Made by a program: the position numbers and the translations under genes
Source of the DNA: an uncultured Clostridia bacterium
Lineage (GTDB): Bacteria > Bacillota > Clostridia > TANB77 > CAG-508
DNA length: 64,000 nt
Direction of reading: 5' to 3'
NCBI GenBank assembly: GCA_910589185.1
Contig: CAJUSU010000002.1
Location: 1,831-65,830, forward strand
Notes under the pieces: model-generated
Databases searched by the model: none
What the model was told of the DNA's origin: nothing
Seen by the model: only the letters and a program-made list of their open reading frames with translations
Part shown: piece after piece, positions 9,418-17,258 of the stretch
How the letters are laid out: each line of letters starts with the position of its first letter
Position numbering within the stretch: position 1 is the stretch's first letter

Positions 9418-11214
9418 ATGCCAAATTTTGAAGTGAATAATGTATCAGTAAACACTTTATTAGGTTTTGTAAGTGATGGAACAATTGCAATACCTGAAAT
9501 CCAAAGACCATTTGTATGGGATTCTACAAAAGTAAGAAACTTAATTGATTCTTTATATAAAGGTTATCCAGTAGGATATATAATTACATGGAAAAGTCCA
9601 GATGTAAAATTAAAAGATGGAGCTGCATCTGAAGGAAAGCAAGTATTAATAGATGGACAGCAAAGAATAACAGCATTAACAGCTGCTTTATTGGGACAAG
9701 AAGTATTAGATAGTAATTATAAAAAGAAAAGAATAAAAATTGCTTTTAATATTAAAGAGGAAGAGTTTCAAACTTTGAATCCTGCAATAGAAAAACAAGA
9801 TGAATGGATACCAGATATATCAGAATTTATGAAGGACGGAAATATAGATACATGGCAATTCGTTACTGATTATTCAAATAAATATGAAATGAGTCCAAAT
9901 GAAGTTAACAAAAGAATTAATAAGCTATTAGCTATAAAGAATGTTACTATTGGAAGAATTGAGTTGGGTTCGTCACTAGATATAGATACTATTACTGAAA
10001 TATTTGTTAGAATAAATTCAGAAGGTGTAGTATTATCTCAAGCTGATTTTGCTATGTCTAAAATAAGTGTTAATGAACAATATGAAGGAAATGATATAAG
10101 AAAAGCAATTGATTATTTCTGTCATTTTGCTAAAACACCAGTTGATTATGACAATATTAAAAATAATGATATTGAATTTAGTAAAAAGGACATATTCAGA
10201 AAAATAGAATGGATAAAAGAAAAAAACGAAGATTTATATTTGCCTTCATATACTGATGTTTTAAGAGTAGCTTTTACATATAAATTTAAAAGAGGCAAGT
10301 TAGCCGATCTAGTAAGTTTATTATCAGGACGTGATTTTGAAACTAGAGAATATAGGGAAGATATAGTTGAAGATAGCTTTAAGACATTATATGATGGGAT
10401 AAAACAATTTGTAAATCAAAGTAATTTTGAAAGATATATAATGATATTAAAATCTGCTGGTATAATAGATAATAGTTTAGTAGGATCTCAAAATGTATTA
10501 AACTTTGGATATATATTGTATTTAGTATTGAGAGAAAAGAATGTTGAGCCTAATAAAATACAAACTTTGATAAGAAGATGGGTTATAATGTCAATTTTAA
10601 CTCAAAGATATACATCATCACCAGAATCAGCTTTTGATTATGATATTAGAAGATTAAATAATAGTTCAGACATTGAAAAATACATTAGAGAGGAAGAAGA
10701 AAGACAATTATCTGAATCTTTTTGGACAAATTATTTAGTAGACAGATTAAATACACCTGTAACAAGTAGTCCTTTTTGGAAAACATTTCTAGCATCACAA
10801 ATATTTTTGGGAGATAGAGGATTTCTATCAGATAGTATTAAAGTACAGTATTTGATTGAAAATAGAGGAGACGTGCATCATATTTTTCCAAAAGATTATT
10901 TACAAAAAAATGGATATAACAATAAACAACAATATAATCAAATAGCTAATTTTGCTATGCTACAAACAGAAATAAATATAGCGGTAAGTAATAGAGCCCC
11001 AAAAGATTATATGTCAGATGTAAAAGCCCAATGTAATGGAGAAAAAAATAAATATGGCTTAATAAATTCAGAAGAAGACTTATATAAGAATTTAGAGGAA
11101 AATGCTATACCTAAAGAATTAATTAATATGTCTGTTGCAGATTATGAGGAATTTCTACAGAAAAGAAGAGTTTTAATGGCTAATAAAATTAGAGAATATT
11201 TTTATAAATTATAA
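9418..11214 (+). CDS. GmrSD-like DUF262/DUF1524 protein (candidate type IV, modification-dependent restriction enzyme)
   Basis: N-terminal DUF262 motifs IPEIQRPFVWD and IDGQQRITAL (nt ~9652). C-terminal His-Me/HNH-like motif GDVHHIFPKDYL (nt ~10875). RBS GGGGGAA precedes ATG 9418 (the track start at 9394 is over-extended). Confidence 0.8.
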   Translation: MPNFEVNNVSVNTLLGFVSDGTIAIPEIQRPFVWDSTKVRNLIDSLYKGYPVGYIITWKSPDVKLKDGAASEGKQVLIDGQQRITALTAALLGQEVLDSNYKKKRIKIAFNIKEEEFQTLNPAIEKQDEWIPDISEFMKDGNIDTWQFVTDYSNKYEMSPNEVNKRINKLLAIKNVTIGRIELGSSLDIDTITEIFVRINSEGVVLSQADFAMSKISVNEQYEGNDIRKAIDYFCHFAKTPVDYDNIKNNDIEFSKKDIFRKIEWIKEKNEDLYLPSYTDVLRVAFTYKFKRGKLADLVSLLSGRDFETREYREDIVEDSFKTLYDGIKQFVNQSNFERYIMILKSAGIIDNSLVGSQNVLNFGYILYLVLREKNVEPNKIQTLIRRWVIMSILTQRYTSSPESAFDYDIRRLNNSSDIEKYIREEEERQLSESFWTNYLVDRLNTPVTSSPFWKTFLASQIFLGDRGFLSDSIKVQYLIENRGDVHHIFPKDYLQKNGYNNKQQYNQIANFAMLQTEINIAVSNRAPKDYMSDVKAQCNGEKNKYGLINSEEDLYKNLEENAIPKELINMSVADYEEFLQKRRVLMANKIREYFYKL

Positions 11215-11222
11215 AACTAAAG

Positions 11223-11272
11223 AAAAGCAAAATAATTTTGTAAGACTAACTACATTATTATTTTGCTTTTTT
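11223..11272 (+). terminator. Rho-independent terminator after the GmrSD-like gene
   Basis: 14-bp perfect stem, aaaagcaaaataat (11223-11236) with attattttgctttt (11257-11270), followed by TT. Confidence 0.7.
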
Positions 11273-11349
11273 ATAAGAAATAATATATTGATACATAATA
11301 TAAAATTAATTGGAAAATAAGAGCATGAAAGGAATGAAAAAAATTAGAT

Positions 11350-14106
11350 ATGAAAAGAATAAGTGCTGAAAAAGAAATAACATATATATCAAATGTAATA
11401 GAAAAAAATATTGAATATTATGAACAAATAAAAGACAAGGGCTTTTTATCTGAGAATATTCTTGCTCAATTAAGGAATCTGATTGAAGATGTTGCAATAT
11501 TAATAAATAATAGAGAAAACAATCAAAGTTTAGATACGCAATATGAAAATGTATCACCATCTCTAGATTTTTTAAAAGGAAAGTCAAAGTATAAGTTCAT
11601 ATTAGATTTCTATAATTTTTTAAAAGGAACATCATCACATTATACACCAAGTGAAGATGGGGCAGAAAAGTTAGTAGCATATTATTTTAGATATATTTGT
11701 TTAACTAAGAAATTATTACATTCTGATTATAATATTGAAATAATAAAAAACATTGATAAATTTCCGATATATGACGATAAATCAATGAGAGAAAATTATG
11801 ATCTTATTTGTAATGTAGTTGAGAAAGAGAAAGATACTCCATCTAAATTCATAAAAGGGAAATTTTATGTACAAAAAGTTAATACTATTTATTCTAATGG
11901 AGATATATATTATGAAATAACATTATCCAAAGCAACTGATTATCAAAATAAATTTGAGCATATTACACTTTATTCTAAAAAATACATACCAAATAATTAT
12001 TCGGTGAATGTTTCAGTCTTAGACAAAGATGTTGATTTAAATATTGGAAAATCAAGAATAAAAATTATTAATGATTATAAGGTAGCAATTAGAATATGTG
12101 AATTAAAAAATATATTTTTATTCTTGGGAGGAAACAAACAATTTGGTGAAAGTTACAGAGAGTATAGAAACTTAATGGAATATTTAACTGATAGCCAAAA
12201 CACAATTACCAATATACTTTGTATGGATAATGAAAATTATATAAAGATAAAGAATAAACTTCAAGATGGAGCAGAAAATCACTATATTACAGAGATGTTT
12301 GACAAAATGAGAGATATTATAATAAATAATAAAAAAGGGCATAACATATTAAGATATTTTACTACTAATATGGAGAACATTGTAATTAGAGATCAGAAAG
12401 ACGATAACACTAATTTTGTGTTTCAAGACTTATACATATTACCTCAAAGTGGGATGTTTGATAGTATGCCGTATGCAATGTCCTTATATAAACATAATAT
12501 ATCATGGCAACATTTAGCTAAAGCAATTGATATGTATAATAAAGATGAAGAACTACTGTATAATCTTGTAAAAAATAATATTGAAAATGAAAATAAACTT
12601 TATACATCAACCAAGGATATTAATTATTTTGAAAATATTCCAGGTTTAATAGATAAATTTAATAAAAGGCTTCTAAATATAAAATCAAGAAGTAATAATT
12701 TATTAAAATTAGAAAATGAAATGATTTATATAGATTCTTACGAAAAAGATACAATTGAAATTATCTCATTAATAAAGAATTATTCAGAGACTTATAATGT
12801 AGACTTGAGAAACACAATTGATATATATAAGTTATTCGAATCCCAAGATGATGTTTCAAAAGATAAGGAAGATATTCTACAAAAAATATTTAGAACAAGT
12901 TCTGTTGCATTTATATATGGTCCTGCTGGAACAGGAAAGACAAAAATGATTGAAATATTATCGGCAGCATTTAAAAGTTACAATAAGTGCTTTCTTGCAA
13001 ATACAAATACAGCAGTAACTAATATGAAAACAAGGATAGGAAACATAGAAAATTCATTTTTTTTAACAATCTCTAATTATATAAGAAATAATTCAATTGA
13101 ATGTGATATTTTATTTATAGATGAATGCAGTATGGTAAGCAATGCAGATATGATTAAAATACTAAGAAAACAAAGATACCAAGCAATAATACTAGTAGGA
13201 GATATTTATCAGATAGAATCGATAAAGTATGGCAATTGGTTTCAATTTTGCAATAAGTATTTTAATGATGATATTGTTTATAATTTAAAGGATACCCATA
13301 GGACATCAGATATTGATTTGATGGAGTTATGGGAAAGTGTAAGATTTAATAATAAAAAGGCAATAAATATTTTAAGTAATCAGGAATACACTCAGCCATT
13401 ATCAAAAGAAATATTTGATAAAACTTCGTCTGATGAAGTTATATTATGTTTGAATTATGATGGGATGTATGGAATTAATAACATAAATAGAGTAAAACAG
13501 CAATTAAATCAAAATAAAGAATATAATTTTGGAATAGACACATATAAAGTGGATGATCCAATATTATTTAATGATTGTCCAAGATTTAATAATTTTCTTT
13601 ATAATAATTTAAAAGGAATTATAAAAAATATAGAAGAAGATAAAGATAATAATTGTATGTGGTTTACTATTGAAGTAGATAAAGACTCTATAAATGAATT
13701 TTTTAGACCATTTGACGTTGAAATTCTGGAGAGTGAAATTTTAGGAAAAGTAAATATTCGTTTTAAGGTAAATGAATATATAGATAAAGAAGATGATGAG
13801 AATGAATATGATCACATTATTCCTTTTAATTTATCTTATGCTATTTCTATACATAGAGCTCAAGGATTAGAATATGATAGTGTAAAGATTGTAATAACAT
13901 CTAACATAGAAGATAGAATTACAAAAAACATATTTTATACTGCAATAACTAGAGCAAAAAATAAATTGAAAATATATTGGAATTCAGATAGTCAAACTAA
14001 AATATTTGATAATTTTGATAAGAGAGAGAATAGTAGAGATTTATCAATATTAAGACAAAAAATAGATAAAAAGGAAGCAGATGAGAGCAAATTCAATGTT
14101 TTTTAA
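11350..14106 (+). CDS. SF1 (RecD/Dda-like) helicase with an unassigned ~500-aa N-terminal region
   Basis: Walker A FIYGPAGTGKT (nt ~12919), Walker B LFIDECSMV, and C-terminal SF1 motifs YAISIHRAQGLEYDSVKIV and FYTAITRAKNKLKIY. No motif recognised in the N-terminal half. Confidence 0.8.
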   Translation: MKRISAEKEITYISNVIEKNIEYYEQIKDKGFLSENILAQLRNLIEDVAILINNRENNQSLDTQYENVSPSLDFLKGKSKYKFILDFYNFLKGTSSHYTPSEDGAEKLVAYYFRYICLTKKLLHSDYNIEIIKNIDKFPIYDDKSMRENYDLICNVVEKEKDTPSKFIKGKFYVQKVNTIYSNGDIYYEITLSKATDYQNKFEHITLYSKKYIPNNYSVNVSVLDKDVDLNIGKSRIKIINDYKVAIRICELKNIFLFLGGNKQFGESYREYRNLMEYLTDSQNTITNILCMDNENYIKIKNKLQDGAENHYITEMFDKMRDIIINNKKGHNILRYFTTNMENIVIRDQKDDNTNFVFQDLYILPQSGMFDSMPYAMSLYKHNISWQHLAKAIDMYNKDEELLYNLVKNNIENENKLYTSTKDINYFENIPGLIDKFNKRLLNIKSRSNNLLKLENEMIYIDSYEKDTIEIISLIKNYSETYNVDLRNTIDIYKLFESQDDVSKDKEDILQKIFRTSSVAFIYGPAGTGKTKMIEILSAAFKSYNKCFLANTNTAVTNMKTRIGNIENSFFLTISNYIRNNSIECDILFIDECSMVSNADMIKILRKQRYQAIILVGDIYQIESIKYGNWFQFCNKYFNDDIVYNLKDTHRTSDIDLMELWESVRFNNKKAINILSNQEYTQPLSKEIFDKTSSDEVILCLNYDGMYGINNINRVKQQLNQNKEYNFGIDTYKVDDPILFNDCPRFNNFLYNNLKGIIKNIEEDKDNNCMWFTIEVDKDSINEFFRPFDVEILESEILGKVNIRFKVNEYIDKEDDENEYDHIIPFNLSYAISIHRAQGLEYDSVKIVITSNIEDRITKNIFYTAITRAKNKLKIYWNSDSQTKIFDNFDKRENSRDLSILRQKIDKKEADESKFNVF

Positions 14107-14136
14107 TTAAATTTATATAAAATATTTTTATAATCG

Positions 14137-14180
14137 AAAGTGCAATTTCTTGTTATTTAAAGTGCAAAAATTGCACTTTA
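14137..14180. promoter_or_regulatory. AAAGTGCAA operator-like sites: one half-site plus a 10-bp-arm palindrome upstream of the fic promoter
   Basis: aaagtgcaa at 14137-14145. Palindrome taaagtgcaa-aaa-ttgcacttta at 14158-14180. The same 9-mer arms recur inside fic at 15069-15077 and 15103-15111. Confidence 0.45.
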
Positions 14181-14184
14181 AATA

Positions 14185-14213
14185 TTGATATTATATCTTA
14201 TAATTGATATAAT
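14185..14213 (+). promoter_or_regulatory. Sigma-A type promoter for fic
   Basis: -35 TTGATA (14185-14190), 17-nt spacer, extended -10 TGaTATAAT (14205-14213). Lies 20 nt upstream of the fic start. Confidence 0.55.
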
Positions 14214-14233
14214 ATATATAGGAGGTATTTCTA

Positions 14234-15292
14234 ATGAATAAAAAGAAAAATTGGAATTTAGAATTATCAGAATATATTAAACAAGGTGAACCAAATCAAG
14301 TAGAGAAAACTAAAACATGGGAAACAGCAATTGGTTTGCAAGATGTTGATGGATTAAAACCTTCAAAATACTTAATAAAAACTGCTAAAGAACATATTGA
14401 AGGAACAATAGATATTGAAGAAGTCAAAGCAAGAATAGATGAATATTATGAAGTTCAAGGTAGCAGAAAAAAATTTGAAAAAGAAAATGAAGAAGCAGAT
14501 AAAGTTGCAGTAAGGATAACAGAAATATTAAGTGAAAAAGCATTTAATTTTTCACCAACAGAATTATTAAATATTCATAAAAGATTATTTAAAGATGTAT
14601 TTGATGGAGCAGGGGTATATAGAGATTATAATTTTACTAAAAAAGAATGGGTATTAAATGGAGATACAGTAATATATGCATCATTTGATACCATTAAAGA
14701 AACATTAGAATATGATTTTGAGCAAGAAAAAACCTTTTCATATAAAGGATTAAGCTTAGATGAATCAATCAAACATCTATGTAGATTCACATCAAATATT
14801 TGGCAAGTACATCCATTTTGCGAAGGAAATACAAGGACAACTGCAGTATTTATAATAAAATATTTAAGAACTTTTGGATTTAATATTAATGATGAAGTAT
14901 TTGCTGATAATTCATGGTATTTTAGAAACTCATTAGTAAGAGCTAATTACAAGAATTTTCAAAAAAATATATTTGAAGATACATCGTTTTTAGAAAAATT
15001 CTTTTATAACCTGCTAACAAATGCTAATAATGAATTAAAGAATAGATATACACATATAGATAATATTCAAAGTGCAAATGAAAATAATTTAAATGGCAAC
15101 AATTGCACTTTAGAAGAACAAGCAATTATAAACATATTAAAGAAAGATTCAGGTGCTATACAAGAAGAAATAGCAAAGCAAATAAATAAATCTGTTAGAA
15201 CTGTAAAAACATATATGGCAGAAATGCAAGAAAAAGGTTTAATTGAAAGAAAAAATGGTAAAAAGAATGGCGAATGGATAGTGAACGAGTAA
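14234..15292 (+). CDS. Fic/DOC family protein with a variant active-site motif and a C-terminal winged-helix domain
   Basis: Motif HPFCEGNTRTTA at nt 14810-14845, against canonical HxFx(D/E)GNGRxxR. The C-terminal ~70 aa (EEQAIINILKKDSGAIQEEIAKQINKSVRTVKTYMAEMQEKGLIERK) look like a wHTH domain. Confidence 0.8.
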   Translation: MNKKKNWNLELSEYIKQGEPNQVEKTKTWETAIGLQDVDGLKPSKYLIKTAKEHIEGTIDIEEVKARIDEYYEVQGSRKKFEKENEEADKVAVRITEILSEKAFNFSPTELLNIHKRLFKDVFDGAGVYRDYNFTKKEWVLNGDTVIYASFDTIKETLEYDFEQEKTFSYKGLSLDESIKHLCRFTSNIWQVHPFCEGNTRTTAVFIIKYLRTFGFNINDEVFADNSWYFRNSLVRANYKNFQKNIFEDTSFLEKFFYNLLTNANNELKNRYTHIDNIQSANENNLNGNNCTLEEQAIINILKKDSGAIQEEIAKQINKSVRTVKTYMAEMQEKGLIERKNGKKNGEWIVNE

Positions 15293-15317
15293 TAGTAAGT
15301 TATCGAGGTGTTAATAG

Positions 15318-16078
15318 ATGAAAGTATTACATATTGATATGGATTTCTTTTTGAATGAAAAAACTTCTTTTGAATCTCCTAGAGCATCTTCAGATTTTTA
15401 TTACCCTTGGAAAGAATGTGGTGTAATTAATTTTTTAGAAGAAAGATTAGGTTTAAACAAAAATAATAAAATAGAAGGGAGAATATATATAAAACATTAA
15501 GGGAGTTTTTATTTTTGAAAAGAACAAATAGAAAATAAAACATTAAAAATTCCTTTTGAAGTAATTCATATAGATTCACACATGGATTTGGGATTAGGTT
15601 ACGGAAGTTGGAGAATAATAATGGATGATCTTATTAGCAAGGATATGGATAAAAGGTTAATGTATATGAAAGAATAATCTTAAACCAAATGAAGGGGACT
15701 ACCTTCTCTATGCTATTTCCCTTCGTTTGGATTAGTAAATTAGTTCATGTTCCAAATATAAATGATAAGCAAAGAAATGATTATATTTTATATACTATGG
15801 AAAACTGTAAGGATGGAGCAGATAATATTCAATTATGCCATCATACTAGAGTATCATCTATTTTATTTAATGATATTTATGATAATGAAGTACAATTGCA
15901 AAAATATTATAAATATTGTATTTTTGAACCAAAAGTAAAATTTAATATAATTGACGCTAATAATGATTATTTACATAGTAGCTATGATTTTATTACTTTT
16001 GCTATATCTCCAAATTATACACCTAAAGAAGCGGATTTTATTATTAATATTATGAAAGAATACATTGATGAAATATAG
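15318..16078 (+). pseudogene. Decayed conserved hypothetical gene (possibly UPF0489-like)
   Basis: The frame starting MKVLHIDMDFFLNEK has in-frame TAA (15498-15500) and TGA (15516-15518). It then continues ...IPFEVIHIDSHMDLGLGYGSW.... A frameshift near 15670 joins it to the 15689-16078 ORF. Confidence 0.45.
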
Positions 16079-16178
16079 TTTTATAATCATATAAAAATTC
16101 CAATTTCTATAGATAAAAAAGTGTGAAAATGACTTTTAAGATAAAAAGTCATTTTCACACTTTTTATTTTAGATTGTT

Positions 16179-16475
16179 CTATTCCTCAAAACATCCCATA
16201 ACTAACTGAGCCCCATCCACAAATTCATTTCTATAATACTTCTCAGTAATATAAGTCAAATACCTCATAAAATCATCATAAAGAAGACTAAGTTGTTTCT
16301 GGGCATAAGTTCTATTCTGCTTAGGAATATTCTTCAAAATATTCTCCCTAAAAAAATCAAATTTAAAATTGTTTTCTCTATCTTGCTTATCTGCATAACA
16401 CAAATAAGTTTCTTCTCTAAAATCAAACTAGTCCTTCAAAATATCATTTTCATTTACTTCTCTAAAATTAACCAT
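16179..16475 (-). pseudogene. Small mobile-element-associated ORF downstream of tnpV, with an in-frame stop
   Basis: RBS TAGGAGG then ATG at 16475: MVNFREVNENDILKD*FDFREETYLCYADKQ...EKYYRNEFVDGAQLVMGCFEE. In-frame TAG at 16428-16430, consistent with TGG->TAG. Confidence 0.5.
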
Positions 16476-16487
16476 ATCTGATTCCTC

Positions 16488-16840
16488 CTATACATATAAA
16501 ATATCATTAAAAACAATTTCTTCAGCTCTATTTTAATATTATTCATAGCCTGAACCCACTCCATTTGATGATGTTCTTTTAAATTTTCATCAATATGTTC
16601 AACTTCAGCAAGTTGTTTTATGAGTTCATTCACTTTGTCAGTAGTATTTTCATCTATCTCAATTAAATGTTGTTTTTAAGTAACACTTATAAGTAATTCA
16701 GTATATAAACCCTTTTTATGTTCTTTAATAAAATGTAATCTTAAGCGACCATATTTTCCAATATGTTTTTCAGGTTGCTTAGGTAAATATAAGTCAGGAA
16801 TTAAATAATCTCCCTCTCTATGATAAGTAATTTCATTCAT
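16488..16840 (-). pseudogene. tnpV: TnpV-like transposon protein gene, decayed
   Basis: The reverse strand reads MNEITYHREGDYLIPDLYLPKQPEKHIGKYGRLRLHFIKEHKKGLYTELLIS..., the characteristic TnpV N-terminus, preceded by a GGAGG RBS. Nonsense TAA at 16676-16678. A 1-nt deletion in the A-run near 16531-16534 is needed to restore ...MNNIKNRAEEIVFNDILYV*. Confidence 0.7.
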
Positions 16841-17158
16841 TTTCAAAACCTCCAAATTATAAAAAATTAAAATGTCCCCAATTTATAAATGCTATTTTTG
16901 ACTTCTTGTGCGACAAGGTTTTTCAGACCTCGGGGACACAATGGGGACAAAAGCACCCAAAATTGAGCTAAAAACGCACAAAAGTTCTTAAAATAAAAAT
17001 AGCTATAAATGTTGATATTTAGATAAAAACTTAATTTTTCATTAAATTACAAAAAATGCTGCTTAAATTCTCATAACCCGAAGGACATAAGATTAAAGGA
17101 GTGGCTGAAAGTGTAAAAATTTAAGAAAAATGACGATAATATAAAATCAAAGTAATTG

Positions 17159-17187
17159 TTGAGAAAAAAGTCATTTTATGGTATAAA
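17159..17187 (+). promoter_or_regulatory. Candidate sigma-A promoter for the AEP-RT gene
   Basis: -35 TTGAGA (17159-17164), 17-nt spacer, extended -10 TGgTATAAA (17179-17187). About 70 nt upstream of ATG 17259. Confidence 0.4.
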
Positions 17188-17258
17188 CTATACTAAAGCT
17201 ACTAAAATAAAGAAAAAATAAGGTGAGTTGTGAAAGATAACTATAGAAAGGAATATAA

